Positions 47,371 through 59,525 of a DNA stretch of 64,000 nt are shown here, piece by piece (position 1 is the stretch's first letter; every line of letters starts with the position of its first letter). Location of the stretch: NCBI GenBank assembly GCA_043228905.1, contig JBHGNT010000013.1, positions 16,058,001 to 16,122,000 on the forward strand, given 5' to 3'. The translations under genes were made by a program, and so were the position numbers. The notes under the pieces were generated by a model that had not been told where the DNA came from, searched no databases, and saw nothing but the letters and a program-made list of their open reading frames with translations. The DNA comes from Azolla caroliniana. Taxonomy: Eukaryota > Plantae > Polypodiophyta.

Positions 47371-50300
47371 TGTTAATCCTTAGGGCCGGACAATGGCCTA
47401 ACACAGGGTGTCCCCGGAAGACACTTCACCAAAGGGGTGTTACGGCGAAATAACTTAAGACACAACGATTAATCCGACTTAATCAGCTACTTAGCAATAA
47501 GGCATTCACTTAATACATGCATAAGATATAACAATTAATACAGAACGGTAATCAATACGTGAAGATAAAACAAGAAGCTTATATTAATTCTCCGTTAAAG
47601 TTATACATTGTAACCGGGCCTTTATATAGGTCACCGGTGCTGCGTACAAAATGGTGCCAACCAGCACCTGTTCAGAACCGGTCCGGATCCGGATCGGCAT
47701 ACCGATTCTGGTCCGTCCATTCACTACATAATTATAATCTATTCTACTTAATTAAAACATATTCCGAATAACCATCCCTTTCACATTCTGGTCTTTAATC
47801 CTTTGTCAGCCGAGTAACACATGGCACACCCATGGGATAGTACCTTGTACATCGAATCCCACTATTCGGCCCTTATCCTTCGTCCAAGATATTCAGAATA
47901 CTCTGCTCCAGGGTATCCAATGGTTGTTCGGAACTCTGTTGTTGCTACTGATGTGGCCACTGTTGTGGCTGTTGTTGCGGCGGTTGCGGCTGTTGTTGTG
48001 ACTCCAACTCCTCCGACTGTTGCTCCTTAGATGGCGTCTGTTCGGCTCCCGGTACCGGCGGTTGTGGTGGTGATTCCTCCGTTAGCTGCTCCGCCAGATT
48101 TGACTCTAGTTGACTCGCCCCGGCCTTGTCTCCGTCCGATCCTTACTTTGGTGATGGCTCCTCATCGCTGAGGTTGACGGTCACCGCCTACTTTGCTTCT
48201 TCTCTCCGTAGCCTGGTCCGCTCATAGCTCTCAAACTAGATTTGAGCATCCAGTCGATCATCATCTAGTTGTGCTAGAAGTTGCCAGACCACTGTTGACT
48301 GCTCCTCCGCTAGAGTTACAAAATCTTCGGCTAACTCATCTCTTACGGCGGTGAAGTCCTCCTTCGTTAGCATGTAGCAGTCGTCGCCATCCCTCTGCCG
48401 GTTTTCCGCATCCGCCTGTAGCAACTGGAGCTCGGTTGTGTGCTTTGCCCATTTGTCCCACCATTGCGCGGAGCTTTCATCAATCAAGTGTTTGGTCTTG
48501 TTCCTCCATGCCTGGACAATGAACTGGATCCGCTCCAATCCCATCTTAGATTTGTCCTCCGCGGCTTGTCGTTCGTCCTTCAACTGCTTGATCAGTGCCA
48601 CCGTATCCGCCTCCTACTCCCGGTAATGTGACAATTGGGTTTGATAGGTGTTCTACAGCTTGCAAGACCATCGTCGCTCTTTCCTTCTCTTCATAATGCT
48701 GCTTATGGAGCTCCATCCGTTCTTGCGCGGCTTCCTCCAGCAGCGTGGTTCTTTCAGCTCGTTCCTCCGCTAGCGCCGTCTCAACTCGATGCATCTCCTG
48801 TCGGAGCTCTGCCATCTTCTCCTGTTGTTTCTTATGTTCCGTATCCAGGTGCTTGTAGTCCCGGTGCAGGTGCTCAAAATCATCGGTCTTCTGCTTCAGC
48901 TTTTGGTTGAGTTGCCGATGAGCACGGTCTTCCCAATCCTTCTGTTGGCGGAGTTCTTCTTTAAGTCTTTCTATCTCTGTTTCCGCCATTCGTCGTAGCT
49001 TCTCCTTTTCTTGCAGCGCCTTCTCTTTCTCCTCCTTCAGCCAGTCATATGCTTGATGTCCTTTTCGCAGATTCTCTTCTGCCCGGTGGAGGTTCTCAGC
49101 AGTCTTTCGTTGCTCTTCTTCTGCCGCTTTCTTCAAGTCCCGCTCTCGGGTGCGTAATGCTTCCTGCGCGGCCAGTTCATCTCTCAATTCAGCAAGCTCT
49201 TTTGCTTGCGATGCCACTATCTCCAGGACTGGGTCCGTCTCTGGGGTCTTATTGCTATGTACAGGTGTCAAGGTTTCTTTATTCTGTACATCGACCGGAA
49301 TCACCAGTGCTTGGAGTTGTGGTCCGGTTAAGGCCATTTTGGCCAATTCTTCTGTGGCCAGGTCCAAGTCTTGTTCTAGGCTCCGGATCCTTGACCAGGC
49401 CGTCTCTAGTTCTCCAGTTGTGACGAGCAACCGGTCCATCTGCGCTTTCTCTTCCGCCTCTATGTAGTGTACTACTCCAGCAATCTGTTGTCCAATCCAC
49501 CAGAGCCATTGGCTGTCGGTGCCCTGTTGTTGCGTCTGCCCGGAGGGTTAGCTGTTGGTGTCGTTGGCCAGTGGTCGGTTTTGTCCGGTTGTGTTGAGCT
49601 GCAACTCTGGCTCTTGTTGGTGACCACTTTGTTGTTCTAGTTACGGCTCTGTTGGCCGCTCCACCTCTGAATGCTCTTGGCCTGCCGGTGGGGTAGGCAA
49701 CTATACTTCCGGCGCTTGCATTTCGGGTCTTGCCGTATCCTGACCCGCCAGTAGAGGTTGTTGTGCAGGGAGCTCTATGACCGGTTCTGTCCGAACCGGT
49801 TCCGGTTCCATCCTTGGTGCGGGCTACTCAATGCTGGGTACAGGCATTCCATCCTTCTTTGGGTCCGAACGCTCCCCGGCATGTTCGGAGGTGCTTGCCT
49901 TCTGGCGCCGTTGGAGGTGCTCTAACAGTTCCTCCTCCGCTTCCTCCTCCTGAGTCCCGATGTTGATTTTTTCCAAAAACTGTGTTAATCCTTAGGGCCG
50001 GACAATGGCCTAACACAGGGTGTCCCCGGAAGACACTTCACCAAAGGGGTGTTACGACGAGATAACTTAAGACACAACGATTAATCCGACTTAATCGGCT
50101 ACTTAGCAGTAAGGCATTCACTTAATACACACGTAAGATATAACAATTAATACAGAACGGTAATCAATACGTGAAGATAAAACAAGAAGCTTATATTAAT
50201 TCTCCGTTAAAGTTATACATTGTAACCGGGCCTTTGTATAGGTCACCGGTGCTGTGTACAAAACGGTGCCAACCAGCACCTGTTCGGAACCGGTCCAGAT

Positions 50301-50431
50301 CCGGATCGGCATACCGATTCCAGTCTGTCCGTTCACAACATAATTATAATCTATTCTACTTAATTAAAACATATTCCGAATAACCATCCCTTTCACATTC
50401 TGGTCTTTAATCCTTTGTCAGCCAGGTAACA
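47371..50431 (-). mobile_element. Non-autonomous LTR element I (3061 bp) with no gag/pol and only an accessory coiled-coil ORF
   Basis: 449-bp LTRs at 47371-47819 and 49983-50431. TSD GCATG. No RT or integrase motifs in the internal region. Confidence 0.92.
48236..49972 (-). pseudogene. Degenerate accessory ORF: Pro/Glu-rich region followed by a long coiled coil
   Basis: ORFs 48546-49439 (297 aa, E/K/R/L heptad-rich) and 48236-48601. An upstream frame EKINIGTQEEEAEEELL... carries TAG stops. Confidence 0.75.
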
Positions 50432-51360
50432 GCATGTGCCCACAATCACCAAGAACTTGGTGTAATGTCGGCACTGCTATGTTCGCCAGAGGGCAAAAAG
50501 TCGAATCGGACATCGACTTGTGGCACAAGCGGTTCGGCCACGTCAACTTCCCGCGGCTTGCCAAAATTCAGTGGCCGAAATGGCCAAGTCTAGGAAGCTT
50601 GCTAGTTAGGGAAGCATCACCGACTTCCGTTCCCAAAATATTGAAATCGAAGGCGAAACAAGCTCGATTTGATCCATTCAGATGTATGGGGACCGGCGCA
50701 AAATGTGAGTATCGGTGGAAGTCTTTACTTTACCTTCATTGATGATTACACTCAGCACACTTAGGCGTGCTTGATCGAGAAGAAAACCGAAGTCTTCTGC
50801 GTGGAAGCACGCTACGGTGTACCAGAAAAGTACTGTTTTTGGCCACAAAAATTGTCAGTACATTCGATACTGTTAGTACTGAATAATTCAGAAAAAAAAA
50901 ATCAGAGAAAAAAAAAATCGATTTTGGAGAGTGGGGTGACTATAGTACAAGTGTCATTTACTACAAGGAGTGGGGGGAACACGTGAGGAGATGTTCTTTC
51001 CATTTTGGGGGCTATTTTCCCCTCACGTCGTTTTTGGCGGTTCCCCTCATACTCCTCTTCCTCTATCCCTTTGAGCTCTTCATCTCAAACATCCATGTCA
51101 CATTTCTGCTTTTCCTCCAATCTAAGAGTTTTGTTAGGGTTTAGGGAGCAAATCTCAAACATCCATGTCAAGTTGGAGCTTTTGAGTTAAGGATTTTTGG
51201 TTTTTTTAGGGTTTCTGTTTTTGTTAGGGTTTAGGTTGAGGAACAAAGACTGTTCTAAGGCCTCTTATAACAGCCAATAGTGACTTCTTCGACAATGAAT
51301 TTCTTACTTCCACCGATTGCATTTTATGTCGTGGTGATTTGGGCCTTTTTCCATCGAGAC

Positions 51361-51815
51361 GAGGATCCTTCCACCGAATCCAGGCGGCATATCACAAAGA
51401 TTCAAGGCGCCCTCCACCATTGGAGGTTCCTTCCACTAAATCAAGGCAGCATATCACAAAGATTCAAGGTGCCCTCCACCATTGGAGGTTCTTTCCAGCA
51501 AATCGAGGCGGCATATCACACAGAATCAACGCTCCCGCCACCATTGGAGGTTCCTTCCATCCAATTTTTTATTTTCAGGACTAAAATTTTTCGTTTCTTC
51601 ATTTTTCAGTACTAAATTTTTAGATTTTACAATTGTCAAATTCGTACATCGTGCTTCCACCATTGGAGGTTCCTTCCAGCAAATCGAGGCGGCATATCAC
51701 ACTGAATCAACGCTCCCGCCACCATTGGAGGTTCCTTCCATCCATTTTTTTATTTTCAGGACTAAAATTTTTCATTTCTTCATTTTTCAGTACTAAATTT
51801 TTAGATTTTACAATT
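51361..51815. repeat. Subterminal 62-bp repeats with a palindromic core, plus a ~180-bp higher-order duplication
   Basis: Five copies of CCACCATTGGAGGTTC near 51414, 51476, 51538, 51657 and 51719. Confidence 0.88.
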
Positions 51816-53682
51816 TTCATATTTGATCCGTGATTCTAATGTTCGAAACGAATTATTTCTCACTTTGCAGGCCACATTTAAAAACATTTGACTGTGTTTT
51901 CTTAGTGTAGTCTATATAACATTAACTACTCTCATCGGACACTTAATTTTTTTGGATAAATCTAGTGACCAAATGGGGGTCCCCAACGAGAGTGAGTTGT
52001 CAAGTAACTCATGTATATCTGAAAGGACCAAGAGACAGGTGGTTCTTCACATAGTCCGTTATTTGGTAGAAATAACAAAGAGATTTAGTGAAGAGGATCG
52101 TAGGGATATTATATGTAGAGTGTTACACCATCAACATTTGAATGAAGACATGGAGAGAATAAAATTTAGGGACCAATGTGTTTCAGAAGAGATTGTAGAG
52201 TCTATGAAGTCATCCCTAGACTTACTGAAAGGTGTAGAGAGCATAGACAAACTTGTTGCAAAGAGGGCAGCCCTACACATGGCTGTGAACGATGCGAGAG
52301 AAAAAAAATATAGTGATACTAAAGTTGCCTTAGCCCTGGGTATTCAAAGAAGGAACTTGAGGAAACATCACCGAAATATACACTCAAGCCAATTAAAGTG
52401 GCTGGGGTTGGGACGTAGACGACAATGTGATGCCTTATCTCAAGAGATTATTGAGAAAGTGGATTCATTTTGGGCCAAAAATACGCGTGTCTCACCAAAT
52501 AAGAAGGACATGTGTAGACAACGAATAAGTCAGGGTAAGTACCAGATTCACCCTAGACACTTCTTGGAGATGACAGAGGTATTCCATTTTTTTATATCAA
52601 TTCACATTCCATAAATTTGTGTTTTGACCAAGTGTATATTAATGTTTGCTATATATATTGGTTGATGTATGCTGAATTGTACATGAACTTTAAAGACCAA
52701 CATCCAAGCTTGACTGTTGGATTCCGCAAGTTCCAAGGTTTGAAACCATTTTATGTTAGAAAATTAAATGAGAGGAATACATGTTGTTGTGTGTACCACG
52801 TGAAGATGGACATGTTAAGGCTAGGAGTGAATGCAATGCGCACTGATTCTAAGGGTATACACGAGGAATTATGTGTCTGCACTTGTGAGGTTTGTAGACC
52901 AAATGGGGAGGATAATAGGTGTAATGCACGAAACATGACTTATGCACCTGTTTCTGAGCTATGGAGGTCTTGTGTTTGTGAAAAAGAACCATCATGTGAG
53001 TGGCATCGTCGTACATGTCTATTAAGAACATGTAAGGTTTGTCTGCTACCATTATTTTGTAGGCAGGAGCTTGATTTGGGAAACAGTCATATCGTGAAAT
53101 GGAAATATTTAGAGTATGTGACTGAAAAATATTGGCAAGGGACTTGTAACTAAGCGTATCAAGGAAGTATATAAGGAGACATGTGATGCTACCCTTGTCT
53201 CAGAATTTAAGAAACAACTTGGGGAGTTCATTCCAGATAACTTCCGGAGTTATTGGCAAAATTCACAATTCAAGGAATGTATTAATAACTTACCAACGGG
53301 TGTCATCGTATCCGTTATTAACTTTGCAGAAAACTATACATTTAAAGTTCAAAATGAGGTTCAATCAATGCATTGGTACAATGATCAATCTACAATACTT
53401 GTACATATTTGCTATTGGAGGCAAGACGATGAGTTACATAAGAATATTTTACATTTCAGATGATAAAAAGCATGATACACTATTTGTTCAACATTGTTTT
53501 AAGCTTCACCATGCAGATTTATTGTCTCTAGGGTTAACCTTTAACCATCATTGGGTTTGGTCTGATGGTGTTGCCTCGCAGTTTAAGACAACACGATCGT
53601 TCTACTTTATCGCCAGGTAATTTTTAATCCATATGTTTAGTACTTATCATGCAATGTGTAAGGAAGTAATTCTTGTGTTAGT

Positions 53683-53816
53683 GCATGCATACTGATTATG
53701 TTTGTAACTATTCATACATAGTACTATTCACATGGATGCATACTAATTATGTTTGTAACTATTCGAACACAACACTATTCACATGGATGCATGCATACTA
53801 ATTTTGTTTGTAACTA
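53683..53816. repeat. Intronic tandem repeat, ~51-55 bp, about 2.5 copies
   Basis: ATGCATACTAATTATGTTTGTAACTA recurs three times. Confidence 0.8.
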
Positions 53817-53841
53817 AGTTAACTGTTCTTGATTGATCAAA

Positions 53842-55381
53842 TAGTACTATCATGTCACGTGAATCTGTGTTTATTATCTTTTAATCCATGTGAAGTGTTC
53901 TCCATAGACAAAGTGTACTATGTTGTGTGTTGTATCTTTACTAAATCAGTATTTACTGAAGAATGTAAAGTACTCGTATTGTACTCTATAGTATTGTCCG
54001 TCCTTAAGAGAATTGTACTAATTATCTTTAATCCATGTAAAGTGTTCTCCATAGACACATTGTACTATGTTGTGTGTTGTATCTGTACTAAATCAATATT
54101 TACAGAAGGATGTAAAGTACTCGTCTTGTACTCATAGTATTGTCCGTCCTTAAGAGAATTGTACTAATTATCTTTTAATCCATGTGAAGTGTTCTCCATA
54201 GACACATTGTACTATGTTGTGTGTTGTATCTATACTATGTTGTGTTTATAGAAGGATGTAAAGTACTCGTCTTGTACTCATAGTATTGTCCATCCTTAAG
54301 AGAATTGTACTAATTATCTTTTAATCCATGTGAAGTGTTCTCCATAGACACATTGTACTATGTTGTATGTTGTATTTGTACTAAATCAGTATTTACTGAA
54401 AGATGTAAAGTACTCGTCTTGTACTCATAGTATTTTCTGTCCTTAAGAGAATTGTACTAATCATCTTTTAATCCATGTGAAGTGTTCTCCATAGACACAT
54501 TGTACTATGTTGTGTGTTGTATCTGTACTAAATCAGTATTTACTCAACGTGTACTCATAGTATTGACCGTCCTTAAGAGAATTGTACTAATTATCTTTTA
54601 ATCCATGTTGAGGGTTTTCCATGGACACTGTATTGTACTATGTGTTGTATCTGTACTAAAGAAGTAATTATCGAAGGATGTAAAGTACATGTCTTTTACT
54701 CATAGTACTGTCCTAGATTGAAGAGTTTGTACTAATTATCTATTAATCAATGTTGAGTGTTCTCCATGAACACACTGCATTGTACTTGGTGTTGTATCTA
54801 TACTAAATCAGTAATTATCGGAAGATGTAAAGTACATGTCTTGTACTCATAGTACTGTCTTATATTGAAGAGTTCATACTACTTATCTATTAATCCATGC
54901 TTAGCGTTCTCCATGAATACACTGTATTGTACTATGTGTTGTATCTATACTAAATCAGTGTTTATTGGGGGATGTAAAGTACATGTGGTGTAGTACTAAT
55001 TATCTTCTAAGGAGGGTTGTGTTCTCCGTGGACACATTGTACTGTATTGTGTATTGTATCTGTACTAAATCAGTATTAATGAATGTAAAGTACTCGTCGT
55101 CAGCAACATAGTACTATCTGATATTGAAGAGTTTGTACTATTTATCTGTTAATTCATGTAGAGTGTTTTCCATGAATTCATTGTACTATGCTTTGTGTTG
55201 TATCCATACTAAATTAGTATTAATGGATGCCAAGTTCACATGGTTGACAACATAGTACTATTTATCTTTTAATAAGTGTAGAGTGTTCTCAATGGATACG
55301 TTGTGCTATGCTTTGTTTTGTATTTGTACTAAATCAGTATTAATGGATGTGTAGTACTCTCGATTGACAACATAGTACTAA
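53842..55381. repeat. Intronic satellite-like array, ~147-bp monomer, about 11 copies
   Basis: Monomer starts (TAGTA..) at 53842, 53989, 54135, 54281, 54428, 54558, 54703, 54850, 54991, 55109 and 55253. Confidence 0.93.
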
Positions 55382-56474
55382 TTTTATTGGAAACCTGAGA
55401 TACAAAAGCAGGTATTTCTCCTTATTCAACATTCGTATGCAATGGAACTACTTCGGGTCTGGACATGGAAAAGGAGAGCATGATGGCGCGGGGGTTGTGA
55501 TCAAACGTGCCCTTACAAGTGAGCAGTTGGATAATAATGGTGCTAAGTTACAAAATGCACATGATGTTGTGCAGTGGCTAACATGGAAGATGTCAAATGA
55601 TGGTAAGAACAGATTGTTTGTTGAAGTTCGCGCTGATGAGGTTGATAGAACTAAATCATATGGTTGTAAATCCGTGAAAGGCACACGCAGCACCCATTGT
55701 GTATTAGGGTTTAGCCGCAAGGACACAACACACTTGTTACTCCGTACTTTATCATGCTTTTGTTCCATGTGTATAGATGAAGCTTGGGATAAATGCATCA
55801 ACCCATCAATAGTCGAGCCCTGGAAGCTGCAGAAGCTTGAGCCTGAACGACAAGATGATATTGAAGAGGATGCGCATTCAAACGATATTGTATACTACAA
55901 CCAACATCACGACTTGGCAGTTTTATTGGAAGTTGGAGATCATTTTGCAGTGCTCAAATCTCCTCGGAATGAAGATTTAGAAGACTACTACATTGTGGTG
56001 TGAAAGCAAGGCAAGACATTATTGAAAGAAGTGGTGAGGGATGGCTGGGGCAACAATTTCAACCTTGGTGAGTCTGTCGTGTATGGAAACTATTATGCAA
56101 AGTTGCCGCAGTGCAAGAACACATATGCATTACTAAAAGAAGCACTGATCGCAATAATCTACGCTAATGCCATTCTTGCAATCAAATTCAATATGACTCT
56201 AGCAAAGCACAAGGTTAAGGGATACAATATTGTCTACAAGGTCCCCCAAGAGATTCATGAGCACATATTAGGGGAGGTCTCTCTATTTAATGCTTGAAAG
56301 TCACCCTATCAATACATTTTACTAGAAAACTGAAAAACATCCACTTGTAGTTCACTATTTGTTGTATTGATATATTAATTTTGATGATTGACAAATGAAT
56401 CGATATAATTCCTCTTTCTTCTATTATGTATTATGAATCGATATATTTGATGTATTGAGACTATTTATTGAGCT

Positions 56475-56621
56475 TGTATTGTAAGTGTTTATGGTAATTA
56501 TAGAGTTGCTTGTTTCCATGGTTTAAGGTGTGAAGTCTTCAATACTTCTGTATTGTCAGTGTTTATGGTAATTATAGAGTTGCTTGTTTCTATGGTTTAA
56601 GGTGTGAAGTCTTGAATACTT
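56475..56621. repeat. 74-bp tandem duplication downstream of the transposase
   Basis: TGTATTGT.AGTGTTTATGG...AATACTT occurs at 56475 and 56549. Confidence 0.85.
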
Positions 56622-56752
56622 AGTAGCCTAAATATGGCCCAAACTTATTCAACTATCAAGTCTCTATTGTGTGCACTCAAGTCATTATTCAACTCTAACC
56701 ATGTGCACTCAAGGAGACCATACTTCGCAAGTATCAATATACATATTAGTAC

Positions 56753-59525
56753 TGTAAAGAATCAAAAGATGGATTCTTGTGAAGCGGAAGAGATGTGAGT
56801 TATGTGTGTGTGTAAGAGAGTGAGAGAGAGAGAGAGAGAGAGAGTGAGTGAGTGAGTGAGTGAAACACAGAGAAATACACAAGGTAAAGGTATATTGACA
56901 AAGGAGAAAGACTCAACATAATACACGGTGGGAGGAGGGTGCTTTATATAGTCACCCTCTCTCTTCATTAACTACAAGGCTCATGGAGCATGGGGAATGT
57001 GAAAGCTCATAAGTTATGTGTCATAGAATATGATCCTATGACTCATACTAAATGCTAGAATACAAAGAGGTTACTTAATGGTGACTCTTGACCGTTGGAG
57101 TGTCTATTCACTCTCAAGGTGAGTTCACACACTAGACCAAGTTGAGCTTGATTCTCAACACACCCCCTCAAGCTCAAGTCGGGTCGGTTTCAGACGGTAT
57201 CCGAAATCCGCTTCGACTCGCGTTCCAAAGTCCGCGTCAACTCGTGTTGACTCGCTTTATGCAGAGTTGCGGAATCCATGCTCCAGCTTGCGTTGTGCGT
57301 AGTTGCAAAGTATGTGCTTCGGCTTGCGTCTTTCTTCGCGGGTTCGTTGCATTGTTGCGTAATCCACGCATTATTGCGTAGTGTCTTCAATACTCCCCCT
57401 CAAGCGTGGCAGGTCAAGGATCGTCAATCCGAGCTCGGACATGAATTGCCATATCTTGTCAGCTCCTAAGGCTTTAGTGAAGATGTCAGTCGTTTGAAGA
57501 TTGGTGCTAATGTGTTGTAGCTCGACATCGCCAGCCAGAACGCGCTCTCGGATGAAGTGATAGTGCACTTCGATGTGCTTTGTCCGCGCGTGGAACACCG
57601 GGTTCCGAGCCAGATAGATACTGCTCATGTTGTCGCAGTAAAGGGAAGTCAGATCCTCGATGCGTACGCCCAAATCCTTCAAAATCCTCTTGAGCCATAC
57701 GGCTTCACACGCAGCTACGGCTGCGCCCCTGTATTCCGACTCCGTACTCGAAAGAGCGACGATAGGCTGCTTCTTGCTACTCCAGGATATTGCTCCACTG
57801 CCGAGGGAGAAAACAAATCCGGAGGTTGATCTTCTATCGGCTTTGTAGCCAACCCAATCGGTGTCTGTGTACCCCTTGAGTCGTATTGGCATCGCGGTCT
57901 TGTAGAGGATGCCGCAATCCATTGTGCCGCTCACGTATCGTAGAACTCTCTTAGCGCAATCCAAGTGAGTATCACACGGTGTTTGCATGAATTGGCTAAG
58001 GAGACCAACCGGATAACTAAGATCGGGTCGAGTGATCGTGAGGTAGATGAGACTCCCGATGAGTTGCCGATACTGAGTCGGCTCACACGCTTTGGTGTCG
58101 GAGTTCGCATCCAGTTTGAGATTGCGATCGAGCGGGGTTGCCACGGATTTGCACTCAGCCATCCCGAACTTGTATAACAAGTTGAGGATGTAGTGTCGTT
58201 GAGAGATCATGATTCCAGCCAGAGTCCGAATTACCTCGATGCCGAGGAAGTAGTGCAGCTCCTTCATGTCTGTCATCTCGAACTTGTCGGAAAGGAGGGA
58301 TTTGACCTTATTGATTTCGACGAGATGCTCACCTCCAATGACTAGGTCATCCACATATAAGATGATGGCGATTGGATTTGTGGAATCGCTTCATATGTAG
58401 AGTGAGTTGTCCGATTTTGACATATGGAAGCCGATGTGATGAAGATATTGCGTTATCTTCGAATGCCAAGCACGTGGTGCTTGCTTGAGGCCATAGAGTG
58501 GCTCCTTGAGTCGGCAAACAACTTTCAGATGAATGCGTGATTCGAAGTTGGGTGGTTGTATCATGTACACCTCCTCTTCTAATTCGCCTTGTAGAAAGGC
58601 GTTCTTGACGTCCATTTGATGGAGGTGCCACCCTTTCGCCGCAACAAGCGCAATTACGGTCCGTACCGTCATCATCTTTCCCACCGGGGCAAAGGTCTCC
58701 TCGTAGTCAACTCCGTGCGTTTGGGCGTAGCCTTTCGCTACGACTCGCGCTTTGTAGCGGTTGACGGAGCCGTCAGCGTTGTACTTCACCTTGTAGATCC
58801 ATCTGCATCTGATCACCTTTTTGTGTGGTGAGGTGGAAACGAGATCCCACATCTCGTTCTTCCGTAGTGCCTGCATCTCCTCATTCATTGCTTCGATCCA
58901 TCGCGGGTCCTTCGCGGTTGCCGAAAAGGATTCCGGCTCGCGTACTGTTGCCACCTTCATCATAAAGGCATAGTGATATGCCATGTAGTCATTGTAGCCG
59001 AATCAGCTAACCGGATTCTTTTCATGGGTGGAGCGGCGGAGCTTCTCATTTGCAGAGATGAGGGCTTTCTTAGTTCCGATTGGTACGTCGAAGCCGCCGA
59101 ACTCACTGTCGAGTGAGTGAGTTGATTAATCGTCGTCGAAGCGATCATCTTCGTATTCCGCCATTTTCGCCTTGCCTTTGTCCATCTTCGGGCTAAGCCA
59201 TGATGTGCTTTGATCGCTCAATGGCTCTTGTGGTCCGCTCAGTCGGGTCGTGATCGGACTTTCTTCGATCATGCACGTAGGGCGATCTTCATCCTCGATC
59301 TCTTGGTCGACAGATTCCGGCTCGAGCGGAGTCAGAGTCGGAGTTGTCTCTGGTGCGTACCAGGATGCGAACTCGTCAAAAACAACGTCTCGACTTACTC
59401 GAGATTTTTGGCTTGAAGGGTTGTAGCACTTGTACCCCTTTTGCTCCAATGCGTATCCTACGAGGATACATTTCTCCGACTTCGGGTCAAGTTTTTGACG
59501 CTTCTCGTCGGGGATGTGCACATAC
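56753..59525 (-). mobile_element. Ty1/copia element J (A-related), 3' part
   Basis: 3' LTR at 56753-57160 and PPT at 57161-57168. RT/RNase H 57371-58984 and integrase tail 59126-59521. Interrupted by B3. Confidence 0.92.

Larger units (their letters stand above)
45229..50799 (+). mobile_element. Ty1/copia element H (A-related), 5' part, degenerate
   Basis: LTR at 45229-45630 and PBS at 45631-45642. Gag 45735-46640, PR WYVDSGALNH near 46690, GAG-pre-integrase and INT start at 50437-50799. Confidence 0.88.
51871..56297 (+). pseudogene. Spliced DDD-type transposase pseudogene
   Basis: Motifs TRVSPNKKD, CCCVYH Cys-rich region, (D>N)FAENY...QNEVQSMHW (53320), SDDKKHD, WSDGVASQFK and WNYFGSGHGKGEHDG. 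Introns at ~52579-52670 and 53617-55411. Two frameshifts and a stop at 56001. Confidence 0.85.
50800..56752 (+). mobile_element. DNA transposon, Sola-like (Sola2-type motifs); right end not in the window
   Basis: Abrupt switch from copia H to AT-rich DNA near 50800, followed by subterminal repeats and a transposase pseudogene. The left boundary is approximate and TIR/TSD cannot be verified. Confidence 0.7.

Noticed and set aside
48546-49439. Host myosin/SMC-like gene
   Set aside because: It lies between paired LTRs with a TSD, has stops and frameshifts around it, and shows only generic coiled-coil composition.
50790-50830. CACTA terminus (CACGCTAC) for the DNA transposon
   Set aside because: It is not a true CACTA/CACTG end, no partner TIR is in the window, and the transposase motifs do not resemble plant TnpD.
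53842-55381. Possible CRISPR-like repeat-spacer array
   Set aside because: The monomers are homologous along their whole length with no unique spacers, no cas genes are present, and the array lies in a spliceosomal intron.
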